A stretch of 64,000 nucleotides of DNA from Anaeramoeba ignava BMAN (GCA_028826165.1 JAPDFW010000103.1:930001-994000), one strand, 5' to 3'. Shown: positions 14,201 to 28,511, counted from the first letter of the stretch. The notes: generated by a model not told the origin, from the sequence alone. Made by a program: numbers and translations.

Positions 14201-17200
14201 CCTTCACAATAACTAAATCTTCATTTAATCTTGCTGTTTCTTTTTCAAGTGTTATTTTTTCTGATTTTAAAACCATAACTTGTTTTTCCATTGATTGTTG
14301 TTGTGTTTTTAATCTTGTTTCATCAAGATCTTTCATTTTTTCAAGAGAATCTTTTTGAGTTTTCAACTAAATAATTTAATTTAATATGAATTTTAATTTT
14401 AATTTTAATTTTAATTTTAAATTTTAATTTTAATTTTAATTTTAATTTTAATTTTAATTTTAATTTTAATTTTAATTTTAATTTTAATTTTAATTTTAAT
14501 TTTAATTTTAATTTTAATTTTAATTTTAATTTTAATTTTAATTTTAATTTTAATTTTAATTTTAATTTTAATTAATTTTAATTTTAATTTTTAATTTTAA
14601 TTTTAATTTAATATGAATTTTAATTTTAATTTTAATTTTAATTTTAATTTTAATTTTAATTTTAATTTTAATTTTAATTTTAATCTACTTTTGTCACTTC
14701 AGTAACTAATTCTTTTAATTGTTGAGAAAGAACTTCTTGTTCTTGTTTTCCTTCGTGAATAATTTGTTTCATTGAAGATTGTGTTTCTTGAAGGCATTTT
14801 TCAGCTTCTTGATATGAATCTTTTAAAGTTTGAATTTCTCTCATAAATTCTTGTTGAATTCTTTCTTTTTCTTGTTTTGATTTCTCTAAACTTTGATTCA
14901 ATGTTGTAATTTTTGTCATAACAATATCTTGAAGATCTTTTTTAATATTAATTTTAATTTTAATTTTAATTTTAATTTTAATTTTAATTTTATTTTCATT
15001 TTAATTTTATAAATGAATTTTATTTTCATTTTAATTTTATAAATGAATTTTATTTTCATTTTAATTTTAAATTATTAACTTGTAATATATCCTATTCCTG
15101 TTGGATCAAGTTTTTCAAGAGATAACCTCTCTTGTTCAGATAATGTAGATGCTAATTGTGATTGAATTTTTTTTAATTGCTCTTTAAGTTTTTGTTTTTT
15201 TTGAAGTTGAAAATCCAACTAAAATTTTATTTGAATTATTTTTATTTGAATTTAATTTATTTGAATTAATTTTATTTGAATTATTTTTATTTAAATTTAA
15301 TTTTATTTGAATTTAATTTTATTTGAATTATTTTGTTTAATTTAATTTTATTTGAATTAAATTTTATTTGAATTAAATTTTATTTGAATTAAATTTTATT
15401 TGAATTATTTTGTTTTAATTTAATTTTATTTGAATTAAATTTTATTTGAATTAAATTTTATTTGAATTAAATTTTATTTGAATTAAATTTTATTTGAATT
15501 AAATTTTATTTGAATTAAATTTTATTTGAATTAAATTTTATTTGAATTATTTTGTTTAAATTTAATTTTATTTGAATTTATTTGAATTATTTTGTTTAAA
15601 TTAAATTTATTGAATTAAATTTATTTGAAATTAATTTTATTTGAATTAATTTTGTTTAAATTAAATTTATTTGAGTTATTTGTTTAAATTTAATTTTATT
15701 TGAATTTAAATTTTATTTGAATTTAATTTTATTTGAAATTAATTTTATTTGAATTTAAATTTTATTTGAATTTAATTTTATTTGAAATTAATTTTATTTG
15801 AATTTAAATTCTTACTTTCTTTCTAACATCTTCAATTTTAGTTTGAATTTTTTGTTTTGAGTCAGTTTTTTGTTTTAAAATAACTTCAAATTCCTTCAAT
15901 TTATTAGAAAGTTCTGTATCTTTTTCACTTTTTTCTTGAATTCCAGGATTTTTAAGGAAAAGATCAGCAAGAAAAACAGTCATTAATCTTTGAGATCCAT
16001 TTGTAATATCATGGGGTCTTAAAAATTTTCGAGCTCCCAACTGATTTTTTTTAATTAAAATATTCATAATAAGTTTCTTTTGTTTCTAAAAATTTTTTTT
16101 ATTCTTTTTTTTGTTGTTTTACATTTTTTGCTTGATTTAATGTTAAATCTGCTCTTCTATGTAAATCTGTTTCATTTAATGGCATTAATGTACATTTTTT
16201 TGGTTCAATTGAATGAAGTAAATAAATTAAACATTCCGAATCCTTAAAAGATATTTTTTGAATTTTAATTTTAATTTTAATATTAATTTTAATTTGAATT
16301 TTAATTTTAATTTTAAATTTAATTTTAATATTAATTTGAATTTTAAATTTTAATTTTAAATTTTAATTTAATTTTAATTTAAATTTGAATTTTAATTTTT
16401 AATTTTAATTTAATTTTAATTTTAAATTTAATTTTAATTTTGAATTTTAATATTAATTTTAATTTTAATTTTAATTTTGAATTTTAATATTAATTTTAAT
16501 ATTAATTTTAAATTTTAATTTTAAATTTTAATTTTAATTTTAAATTTTAATTTTAAATTTAATTTTAATTTTGAATTTTAATATTAATTTAAATTTTAAT
16601 TTTAATTTTAATTTTGATTTTATAAATGAATTTTAAATTTTAAAATTATATTGAAAACATACTTGGAAATCACTAGTAAAATTTGTGACAAATTTAGTAA
16701 CTTTTGATTGACGTAAATGATAATTAATCCAACGTAATAAAATTTGTTCAGGAGGTAAATCACCACCCCATTGAGCACCTTGAGGATTAAGTACTTTAGA
16801 AATAGGACTTTTTGAAACTAATGACATCAATATTGTTTTCATAATATTCCAAATAAATGAAAGAATTAAATGCTTTTTTCCTCCTGTTATATCTTCTTGT
16901 TTTAAATTCACTTTGCATCCAATTTCTTTTGCTGATTTAAATACTAAATTTAGATTTTTTGATAAATCACCTTGACTATACATTCCTCTTTTGATAATAA
17001 GAGAATTTAGATCAATTTTATCTGGAAAAAATTTGCCAATTAAATTTCTATTTTTATTTTAATTTTTAATTTTAATTTTAAATTTAATTTTAATTTAATT
17101 TTTAATTTTTAATTTTATTTTTAATTTAAATTTTATAAATGAATTTTAATTTTAATTTTAATTTTAATTTTTAATTTTAATTTTAATTTTGATTTTAAAT

Positions 17201-19075
17201 TTTTAATTTTGAATTTTATATTTTAATTTTTAATTTTAATTTTAATTTTAATTTTAATTTTAATTTTAATTTTAATTTTAATTTATAAATGAATTTTAAT
17301 TTTAATTTTATAAATGAATTTTAATTTTAATTTTAATTTTTAATTTTAATTTTAATTTTAATTTTAATTTTAATTTTAATTTTAATTTTAATTTTAATTT
17401 TAATTTTAATTTTAATTTTAATTTTAATTTTGATTTTAATTTTAATTTTATAAATGAATTTTAATTTTAAATTACGCAAGAAGAATTCCATTTTCAATTA
17501 TTGTAAAAATATCATCTTCTTTTGGATTAACAGGAATAATATCTGAAACAGCTTTAACATCAGATAAAGAGTTATTAATAAAATCAACAATTCCTTCTTT
17601 TTCTTCTTGACTATATTCTTGAGTTCTTCCAATTTTTCCATAAGTTTCAACTTTTTCTGCATATTTTGCAAATCCAATTTTTTTGCCTTTCATTTCATGA
17701 ATCATCTAATTTATTTTCAATTATTTTTATTTAATTTTTAAATAAAATCCTTTTATTTTGATTTTGATTTTTATTTTTGATTTTTTATTTTTGAATTACT
17801 TGAACAAATTCTGGAAATTCAATTGTTCCTGATTTATCTGTATCAACTGCATCTAAAATTCTTTCAATTTGACCTTTTGTTAAATGTTCACCAATCTTTT
17901 TGAAAAGGAAAAGTGATTTTAATTTTAATTTTAATTTTAAATTAATTTTGATTTTAATTTTAATTTTAATTTTAATTTTAATTTTAATTTTAATTTTGAT
18001 TTTAATTTTATAAATGAATTTTAATTTTAATTTTAATTTTGATTTTAATTTTATAAATGAATTTTAATTTTAATTTTGATTTTGATTTTGATTTTAATTT
18101 AAATTTTAATTTTAATTTTTAATTTTAATTTTAATTTAAATTTTAATTTTGATTTTAATTTTAATATTAATTTTAATTTTAATTTAAATTAATTTTAATT
18201 TTTTAATTTTAATTTTAATTTTAATTTTAATTTTAATTTTAATTTTAATTTTAATTTTTAATTTTAATTTTGATTTTAATTTTAATTTTAATTTTGATTT
18301 TAATTTTAATTTTAATTTTTATTTTTATAAATGAATTTTTAATTTTAAAATTAATTTTAATTTTTTTGATTTTAATTTTAATTTTTTGAATTTTGATTTG
18401 GAATTTTAATTTTTTAATTTTAATTTTAATTTTAATTTTAATTTTAATTTTAATTTTAATTTTAATTTTTTTTGATTATGATTTTAGTTTTATAAATGAA
18501 TTTTGATTTTTAATTTTAATTTTAATTTTAAATTTTAATTTTAATTTTAATTTTAATTTTAATTTTAATTTTAATTTTAATTTTAATTTTAATTTTAATT
18601 TTAATTTTAATTTTAATTTTAATTTTAATTTTAATTTTATTTTGAATTTTAATTTTAATTTTAATTTTAATTTAAATTTTAATTTAAATTAATTTTAATT
18701 TTGAATTTAATTTTAATTTTAATTTTAATTTTAATTTTAAATTTTAATTTTAATTTTATAAATGAATTTTAATTTTAAATTAATTTTAATTTTAATTTTC
18801 GTTTGTCCCAAAATGAATTGGTAAAAAAAAAAAAAAAAGGCAAAATATAAATTAAGAAAAAAAAAATGACAAAACTTATTAAACAAAAAAAAATAAAAGA
18901 AAATAAATAAAATGAAGAAACAAACTTTATCTAAAACTGTTGCGATTTCATCAACAGTAATTGATCCATCTCCATCAATATCAAATTGTTTAAAGTTTTG
19001 AAACATTTGATTTAATTGAGCATCAGAATAAAAACCAGCAATATCTGGTTTAATTTTTGAACGAAAATTTGCCAT
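11260..19075 (-). CDS. Fimbrin/plastin-like protein: 2 EF-hands + one CH-CH actin-binding domain + long coiled coil + C-terminal PH domain
   Basis: EF-hands FDIDGDGSITVDEI and VDTDKSGTIEFPEF; plastin-like YSQEEKEGIVDFIN, LPPEQILLRWINYHL, FTSDFQDS, LGARKFLRPHDI; heptad-rich E/K/Q exons; PH-like WSKKWVVFK...EVEDWFRVL. Confidence 0.8.
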
Positions 19076-19185
19076 TTATTATTATTATTATTAATTTAAT
19101 TTAAATTTAAAAAAAAAAAATGAAAAAAAAAATTAAAAAAATAAAAATAATTTTTAATGATTTAAAAAAAGATAAAAATTAGTAA

Positions 19186-20681
19186 TTATTTTTCTTTTTC
19201 TTTTTCTTGTTCATTTTCTTGTTCATTTTCCTTGCTTTCTTGTTTTCGTTTTTTTTTTAAAAGATAAATAAATTGACACCAAGAAGGATTTTTTAGATAA
19301 ATTTGAAGTTTATCAATTAATGGATCCATTTCAAAAGAAGTAACAAAATCGAAAAGTTCATTCAAATAATTTTCATCTTCTAAATTAAATTGGAAATCAC
19401 TGTAAATTTTTGAAGCAATCATAATTGAAAATTGACCTTTAGTTCCAAATGAATATTTTGGAATGTGAGTGATATAAAAACAATTTTGGATAAAATATCC
19501 TTCTTTTTCTTTGGGAAACATGTTTTCAAATGATTTTCTTGTAAAAAGATATTTTTCTTTCTTTTTTTCTCTGTGAACAACATTTATATCTTCTGTAAAT
19601 CTTCCTTTTGGATAAATTTTGTTGATAAACATTTTATAATCTTCAGGATTTTCAAAATCATCAGTTAAAAAATGTAACATTTCTTGTTTTTTTTCAAATC
19701 CATAACCAAAATCATCAAAGTTGTTTTTGACTTCAATAATTGCATGAACTTTTTCAACTATGAATTCTGCTGTTTTGACTAATTTTTGTTTTGATATTGT
19801 TTGATTTGGTTTTTTTGGAGGTTTAAATTGAGGATTTTTTTTAATTTGAGCGACTAAATAATCTATTTCACCTCTTGCTAATAAATATTGATTTTAAATT
19901 GAATTTTTAAATTAATTTTCATTTTGATTTATAATTGAATTTTTAATTTTTATTTTTAAATTAATTTTATTCACCAGCTCCTAAAGAAACATTTGATAAT
20001 AATTTAAGTGAAGAACCATTATTTATATCATCTTGATCCAATTTTGAAATGTATTGAGAAAGAATTTTCTCTTCAATTAAATTCTTCACTTCCTTTTCAA
20101 ATTCATCTCCTCTATTAGATCTAGAAACTCCAAGAGAAGATTTAATATCAGATATTTCATTTGCTAACTGAGTTAATCCAATTTTTTCTTCAAAATCAAT
20201 TTTGTTTTGAGAAATCAAATCAAATTCTGTTTTTTCTTTTGATTTTTCATGGATTTCTTCCAATTTCTTTTGATTATTTTCATATTCAATTCGCGATTTT
20301 GAAAGAAGTTCTTTAAGTCGATTTGCTTTTTCTTCATTCATTTTTTTACTTTGATTTTTTTCAAGTCCAGTTATTTTTTTTTTTGATTTTTCAACTTGAA
20401 TTTCTATTTTCATAATTTCTTCATAAAGACTTGACATTTTATAAAGCATCTTCTGCTTGAGTTTGTTTTTCTTCCATTTCTTTTAATTGATCCAAATGTT
20501 TTCGATAAATTTCGCGAATTTCACTTTGTTTTTTATTTAATTTATTATTTGCAAATACTTTTTGAATTAATAAAATCCATTCCTTAAATTCTTCCATTTT
20601 TTCTTTTTTAAATCGAATATCTGGAATATGGATTTGTTTTAATTTCTCAAATGTTTCTTTTCCATGTTCAGTTTGTTCCAT
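19186..20681 (-). CDS. Coiled-coil protein with putative PD-(D/E)xK nuclease-like domain
   Basis: ORFs 20439-20681 and 19967-20449 (frameshift ~20445), intron ~19879-19974, then ARGEIDYLV...HAIIEVKNN; upstream RGDEFEKEV helix. Confidence 0.55.
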
Positions 20682-20758
20682 AATTTTGTTTGAAAAAAAA
20701 TGAAAAAAAAAATGAAAGAAAAAAATTTTTGAATGACGTAATAATTTCGAGAATAAAC

Positions 20759-23700
20759 CAATTTTTAAATTAATTTTGATTTATATTTAATTAATAAATT
20801 TGTTAATAAAATATATTTAGAATAAATTTCATTTATAATTATTATTTAAAATAATATTAAATTTTAATATTTATTTATTAAAAATATTTTACTTTTATAT
20901 TAATATTATATTAATTTTTAAATTAATTTTAATTTATATTTAATTAATAAATTTGTTTATAAAATATATTTAGAATAAATTCCATTTTTAATTATTATTT
21001 AAAATAATATTAAATTTTTAATATTTATTTATTAAAAATATTTTTACTTTTATATTAATATTATATCAATTTTTAAATTAGTTTTTAATTTATATTTAAT
21101 TAATAAATTTGTTAATAAAATATATTTAGAATAAATTCTATTCTTTTAATTATTATTTAAAATAATATTAAATTTTAATATTTATTTATTAAAAATATTT
21201 TACTTTTATATCAATATTATATCAATTTTTTAAATTAATTTTTATTTTATATTTAATTAATAAATTTGTTTATAAAAATATATTTAGAATAAATTCCATT
21301 CTTTTAATTATTATTTAAAAATAATATTAAATTTTGATATTTATTTATTAAAAATATTTTTACTTTTATATTAATAATATTATATCAATTTTTAAATTAA
21401 TTTTAATTTATATTTAATTAATAAATTGTTTATAAAATATATTTAGAATAAATTCTATTCTTAATTATTATTTAAAATAATATTAAATTTTAACATTTAT
21501 TTATTAAAAATATTTTACTTTTTTATATTAATATTATATCAATTTTTAAATTAGTTTTTGATTTTATATTTAATTAATAAATTTGTTTTATAAAATATAT
21601 TTAGAATAGATTCCCATTTTTTAATTATTTAAAAATAATATTAAATTTTTATTTTTTTTTTAATTTAAAAATGATCAAAAATAATTATATAAATTTTTAA
21701 AATTAATTTTTAATTTATATTTAATTAATAAATTTGTTAATAAAAATTTTCTTTTTAAAATAGATTCCATTTAAAATTTTATTTTTTTTAAAATAATATT
21801 AAATTTTAATATTTATTTATCAAAAAAAACATTTTAACTTTTTATATAAATATTATATCAATTTTTAAATTATTTTTAATTTATATTTAATTAATAAATT
21901 TACTATAAAAATATTTAGAATAGATTCCATTTTTATTATTATTTAAAAATAATGTTAAATTTTAATATTTATTTATCAAAAATATTTTACTTTTATACAA
22001 AATATTATATCAATTTTTAACCAAATTTTTAATTTATATGAAAATTAATAAAATTTCTTTTGAAAATATATATAGAATAGATTTAATGTTAAAAATCAAA
22101 AAGGTTTATTTTTAAAATGTTGGTCATTTAAATTTTAAATATTTATTTATTGGGAAAAATATTTGAACTCTTTTATAACAAGAACTTATATTAATTTTTA
22201 AATTAATTTTGATTTATATTTAATTGGCCTAAAATTTTTAGATTGGGTTAAAAATATATTTAGAATAGATTCTATTTTTAATTATTATTTAAAATAATAT
22301 TAAATTTTAATATTTATTTATCAAAAATATTTTACTTTTATATAAATATTATATCAATTGAAGCTCTTTAAGTTAATTTTAATTTATATTTAATTAATGT
22401 CCTTTTGTTAATAAAATGCTATATTTTAGAATAAATTCCATTTTTAATTATTATTTAAAATAATATTAAATTTTAATATTTATTTATCAAAAATGTTTTT
22501 ACTTTTTATATTAATATTATATCAATTTTTAAATTAGTTTTAATTTATATTTAATTAACTTTTGTTAATAAAATATATTTAATAGAATTATTCTTTAATT
22601 ATTATTTAAACTAATATTAGTTTTTAGATATTTATTTATTAAAATCATTTATTTTTATTTTTATATTTATTATAATTCCTTTTTAATTTTTATTTTTTTT
22701 TTATTAATTGATTATTTGTTTTTCGTTTCAAAAAGAATAAAATAGATTAGGAAAACATTCAAAAGAATATTTTTAAAATAATATTAAATTTTAATATTTA
22801 TTTATTAAAATATTTTTTAATTAATTAATTATATCAATTTTTTAAATTAGTTTTAATTTATATTTAATAAATTAATAAATTTGTTAATAAAATATATTTT
22901 AGAATAAATTCATTTTTAATTATTTAAAAATAATATTAAATTTTAGATATTTATTTATTAAAAATATTTTATTTTTTATATTAATATTATATCAATTTTT
23001 AAATTATTTTTAATTTAATTTAATTAATAAAATTTTTAAATATATTTTAATTAAATTCCATTAATTAATTAAATTTAAAAATTATTAAAAATTTTAATAT
23101 TTTTAAATTAAAATATTTTAACTTTTATATCAATATTAGATTAATTTTTAAATTAGTTTTTTAATTTATATTTAATTAATAAATTTATTTATAAAATAAT
23201 TGATTAATAAATTACATTTTTAATTATTATTTAAAATAATATTAAATTTTAATATTTATTTATTAAAAATATTTTACTTTTTATATCAATATTATATCAA
23301 TTTTTAAATTAATTTTAAATTATATTTAATTATTAAATTTGTTTATAAAATATATTTAGAATAAATTCCATTTATAATTATTATTTTAAAATAATATTAA
23401 ATTTTAATATTTATTTATTAAAAATATTTTACTTTTATATCAATATTATATCAATTTTTAAATTAATTTTTAATTTATATTTAATTAATAAATTTGTTAA
23501 TAAAATATATTTAGAATAAATTCCATTTTTAATTATTATTTAAAATAATATTAAATTTTAATATTTATTTATTAAAAATATTTTACTTTTTATATCAATA
23601 TTATATCAATTTTTAAATTAGTTTTAATTTATATTTAATTAATAAATTTGTTAATAAAATATATTTAGAATAAATTTAATTTTTAATTATTATTTAAAAT

Positions 23701-24540
23701 AATATTAAATTTTAATATTTATTTATTAAAAATATTTTACTTTTTTATATAAATATTATATCAATTTTAAAATTAATTTTAATTTATATTTAATTAATAA
23801 ATTTGTTAATAAAATATATTTAGAATAAATTTAATTTTTAATTATTATTTAAAATAATATTAAATTTTAATATTTATTTATCAAAAATATTTTACTTTTA
23901 TATAAAATATTATACCAATTTTTAAATTAATTTTTTAATTATATTTAATTATTAAATTGTTTAATAAAATATATTTAGAATAAATTTCATTTTTAATTAT
24001 TGTTTAAAATAATACTAAATTTTAACATTTATTTATTAAAAATATTTTACTTTTATATCAATATTATATCAATTTTTAAATTAATTTTAAATTATATTTA
24101 ATTAATAAATTGTTTATAAAAATATATTTAGAATAAATTTAATTTTTAATTATTATTTAAAATAATATTAAATTTTGATATTTATTTATCAAAAATATTT
24201 TACTTTTATATAAATATTATATCAATTTTTAAATTAATTTTAATTTATATTTAATTAATAAATTTGTTTATAAAATATATTTAGAATAAATTCCATTTTT
24301 AATTTTTAAATTAATTTTAATTTATATTTAATTAATAAATTTGTTTATAAAATATATTTAGAATAAATTCCATTTTTAATTATTATTTAAAATAATATTA
24401 AATTTTGATATTTATTTATTAAAAATATTTTACTTTTATATTAATATTATATCAATTTTTAAATTAGTTTTGATTTATATTTAATTAATAAATTTGTTTA
24501 TAAAATATATTTAGAATAGATTCCATTTTTTATTATTGAA
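20759..24540. repeat. AT-rich intergenic tandem satellite, ~155-bp unit, ~24 copies
   Basis: Recurring caatttttaaattaatttt...tttagaataaattccattttt...tattttacttttatat at ~20759, 20913, 21067, 21223 etc.; degenerate between ~21600 and 23200. Confidence 0.9.
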
Positions 24541-24759
24541 AAATTTTAATTATTTCTTTTTGCTTTTTTTAATTTAAAAAAAAATGATCAAAAAAAAAAA
24601 AAAAATAAATAAAAAGTTTTTAATTAATTTTTTAATTTATATTCACTATTTGAATAAAAAAAATAAAAAATTAAAAAATAAATCATTTTTTTTTCTTTTT
24701 TTTAATTCCTTTTTCAATTTAAAATTTCTTTTTTTTTCCTTTTTTTTTTAAAAAGAAAT

Positions 24760-25739
24760 ATGAAAGTTTTTGTTTTAATTTTATTAATAGCATTAATTTC
24801 CTGTTCAAAAATCGAGATTTATTCAACAAATTCAAAAATGATTTCAACAAACATTATTCAGAAGAAGAAGAAGCAATTCGATACAAAATATTTTCAGATA
24901 ATGTGAAGATGATCAACAAACACAATTCAGAAGAACACAATTACAAATTAGGAATCAATGGATTCACAGATTTAACAAATGCCGAATATCAAAGTTTATA
25001 TTTAAGACCAATGGAAATACCAGATTTAGAAATTGAAACAGTAGACGCAAGTGGATTAACCGATACACCAAGTTCTTATGATTGTCGAAATTACGGAGAA
25101 GTCACACCTGTTAAAAATCAAAATCCATGCGGATCATGTTGGTCATTTTCAGCAACTGGAGTAATTGAAGGATGTGGAAAAATTGGATCAGGAAAATTGA
25201 ACTCAGTTTCGGAACAAGAACTTGTTGATTGTGATGATGATGACAATGGTTGTTCTGGTGGTTGGCCTAAAAGAGCTTTAGATTGGGTTAAAAATAATGG
25301 AGGAATCTGTTCAGAATCTGCTTATCCTTATCAAGCTGTTCAAGGAACTTGCAAAAAAACTTCTTGTTCTTCTGTTTCAACTGTTGGTTCTGCTTATTAT
25401 GCTACTCCAAACAATCCTGAAGTTCTTAAATCTGTTATTTATACTTATGGTCCTGTTTCCGTTGCTATTGATGCTTCTTCCACTCAATTCTCAAATTACA
25501 GAGGTGGTGTTTTTGATTATCCTAGTTGTGGTACTGCTGTCAATCATGCTGTTTTGGTTGTTGGTTATGGTCATGATTATTCAGTTGGTTTGGATTATTG
25601 GATTATTAAAAATTCTTGGGGTACTTCTTGGTGGGGTGCTGCTGGTTATATGAACATGAAAAGAACTAATGCTAATGATGCTGGTATGTGCGGAATTCTT
25701 CAGTATCCTGTCTTTGCAACTGGTTGCACTGCTCACTAA
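24760..25739 (+). CDS. Papain-family (C1A) cathepsin L-like cysteine protease with signal peptide and I29 prodomain
   Basis: MKVFVLILLIALISC signal peptide; frameshift in A-run ~24810; prodomain NGFTDLT; catalytic QNPCGSCWSF, NHAVLVVGYG, YWIIKNSWG; intronless. Confidence 0.95.
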
Positions 25740-25759
25740 TTCTCAATTCATTTCTTTTC

Positions 25760-25912
25760 TCAATTGATTTCCTTTTTTTCAATTGATTTCCTTTTTTTCA
25801 ATTGATTTCCTTTTTTTTCAATTGATTTCCTTTTTTTTCAATTGATTTCCTTTTTTTTCAATTGATTTCCTTTTTTCTCATTGATTTCCTTTTTTTCAAT
25901 TGATTTCCTTTT
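25760..25912. repeat. ~20-bp minisatellite (attgatttccttttttttca)n immediately 3' of the cathepsin stop
   Basis: About 7-8 visible tandem copies. Confidence 0.9.
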
Positions 25913-25984
25913 TGATTTTCGTTTTGTTTTTCGTTTCAAAAAAAAGGAATAAAACAAATTTAGGAAAACATTCAAAAAAAAAAG

Positions 25985-27072
25985 AATATTTTTAGAATTA
26001 ATTAATTAAATATTTTTAGAATTAATTAATTAAATATTTTTAGAATTAATTAATTAAATATTTTTAGAATTAATTAATTAAATATTTTTGGAATAAATTG
26101 ATTAAATATTTTTAGAATAAATTAATTAAATATTTTTAGAATTAATTAATTAAATATTTTTAGAATTAATTGATTAAATATTTTTAAAATAAATTAATTA
26201 AATATTTTTGGAATAAATTAATTAAATATTTTTAGAATAAATTGATTAAATATTTTTAGAATAAATTGATTAAATATTTTTTGGAATTAATTAATTAAAT
26301 ATTTTTTAGAATAAATTGATTAAATATTTTTGGAATAAATTGATTAAATATTTTTAGAATAAATTAATTAAATATTTTTAGAATAAATTAATTAAATATT
26401 TTTAGAATAAATTAATTAAATATTTTTAGAATTAATTGATTAAATATTTTTAGAATAAATTGATTAAATATTTTTAGAATAAATTGATTAAATATTTTTA
26501 GAATAAATTAATTAAATATTTTTGGAATTAATTAATTAAATATTTTTAGAATAAAATTAATTAAATATTTTTGAATAAATTAATTAAATATTTTTAGAAT
26601 AAATTGATTAAATATTTTTGGAATTAATTGATTAAATATTTTTAAAATTAATTGATTAAATATTTTTAGAATAAATTAATTAAATATTTTTAGAATAAAT
26701 TAATTAAATATTTTTAGAATTAATTGATTAAATATTTTTGGAATTAATTAATTAAATATTTTTAAAATAAATCGATTAAATATTTTTAAAATAAATCGAT
26801 TAAATATTTTTAGAATTAATTGATTAAATATTTTTAGAATTAATTGATTAAATATTTTTAGAATTAATTAATTAAATATTTTTGGAATAAATTGATTAAA
26901 TATTTTTAGAATAAATTGATTAAATATTTTTGGAATAAATTAATTAAATATTTTTAGAATAAATTGATTAAATATTTTTAGAATTAATTAATTAAATATT
27001 TTTAGAATAAATTAATTAAATATTTTTAAATAAATTGATTAAATATTTTTAGAATTAATTGATTAAATATTT
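25985..27072. repeat. 24-bp minisatellite (tttagaataaattaattaaatatt)n, ~45 copies
   Basis: Direct periodicity of 24 nt with few variant positions. Confidence 0.95.
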
Positions 27073-27139
27073 TTTAAAAAAAAATTTAATTTTGAAAATC
27101 ATTTTTTTCTTTTTTTTTTCTTTTTATTTAAATATTTTA

Positions 27140-28318
27140 ATGGTTGATATAATTCATAGTGGATGGCTTCAAAAAAGAGGAGAAAGAAATTCTGCTTTGA
27201 AAACAAGATGGTTTATATTAAGAACAAGTGGTGATATTGAATATAGAAAAAAACCAAATACTTCAATTCTTGGAATTATTAAATTTTCTTTAATAATTTC
27301 AACTTTTCCTGTTAATGAAAAAACAAAAAAAATTAAAGAAAAAGTATTTATTTCTTTAAATCAAAATTAAATATAAATTTATTTATAAAATTATTTATAA
27401 AATTATTTATAAAATTATTTATAAAATTATTTATAAAATTATTTATAAAATTATTTATAAAATTATTTATAAATTTATTTATAAAATTATTTATAAAATT
27501 ATTTATAAAATTATTTATAAAATTATTTATAAAATTATTTATAAATTTATTTATAAAATTATTTATAAAATTATTTATAAAATTTTTATAAAATTATTTA
27601 TAATTTTTTTATAAAATTATTTATAAATTTATTTAAAATTTATTTAAAATTTATTTATAAAATTATTTATAAAATTATTTATAAAATTATTTATAAAATT
27701 TATTTATAAAATTTATTTATAAAATTTATTTATAAAATTATTTATATATTTATTTGAAAATTTGAAAAGTTTGTTGGAAGATCATTCAAAATTATGTATC
27801 CTAAAAGAGAATATTTCTTAGTTGCAGAAAATGCAACAATTCGAGATCGATGGGTTTATTTAATCAACGATTTCATTTATAGACAAAACAAAAAGAAAAT
27901 ATCACAAGATAAAGAAGATTTGACAGAAAAAATACAAAAAATAAGTTCAAAAATTAAAAAGGATCAAGTAATTGAAGATTTGAAGGAATCACATGACACA
28001 TTACTTTCAAGTGCATTAAGTAAAGGTGTCAATTTAGTGGAAGAACCTGATTCAATTTTCTCAAAAGATGAATATATTCAAAAATGTCATCAAATAAAAC
28101 TTTTACAAGAAGTGAATCAATCACTTCGAAAAAAAATCCAAAATTTTTCACTTGAAAATGATTTTGAAAATAATAATCAAACATTTTCAGATTCAAAACC
28201 AAAACAAGAAAATTTAATTAATTTAATTGATATTTTTTCAAATTTAAGAGATCTTTTGGATGAATTGGATATTTCTTATCCTTCAGAAATTACATATATT
28301 TTTGAAAAAGAAAATTAA
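27140..28318 (+). CDS. PH-domain protein with C-terminal coiled coil (2 exons)
   Basis: MVDIIHSGWLQKRGERNSALKTRWFIL...REYFLVAENATIRDRWVYLI; intron ~27344-27769 filled with 12-bp ataaaattattt repeat. Confidence 0.85.
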
Positions 28319-28511
28319 AAAGAAAGAAATTTTTATAATTTTTATAATTTTTTTTATTGTATTTTTGATTTAAAATAAAAGTGGAACAAAAAAAAAGATT
28401 ATTTTTTTAAAAATTAAAAATTTCAAATTTAAAAAAATTTAAAGCAAAAAAAAAGATTTTTAAAAAAATTAAAATTCATTTTTTTCAAAACAAAAAATAA
28501 AAAAAAAGTAA

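Noticed and set aside
20759-24540. Second microexon array in the 155-bp satellite
   Set aside because: Intergenic between divergent genes, with no AG-N(n)-GT unit containing a variable core.
25297-25653. Alternative-frame or antisense ORFs overlapping real genes (also 30950-31402, 12253-13150, 47651-47974)
   Set aside because: Shadow ORFs of recognised coding exons with no independent motifs.
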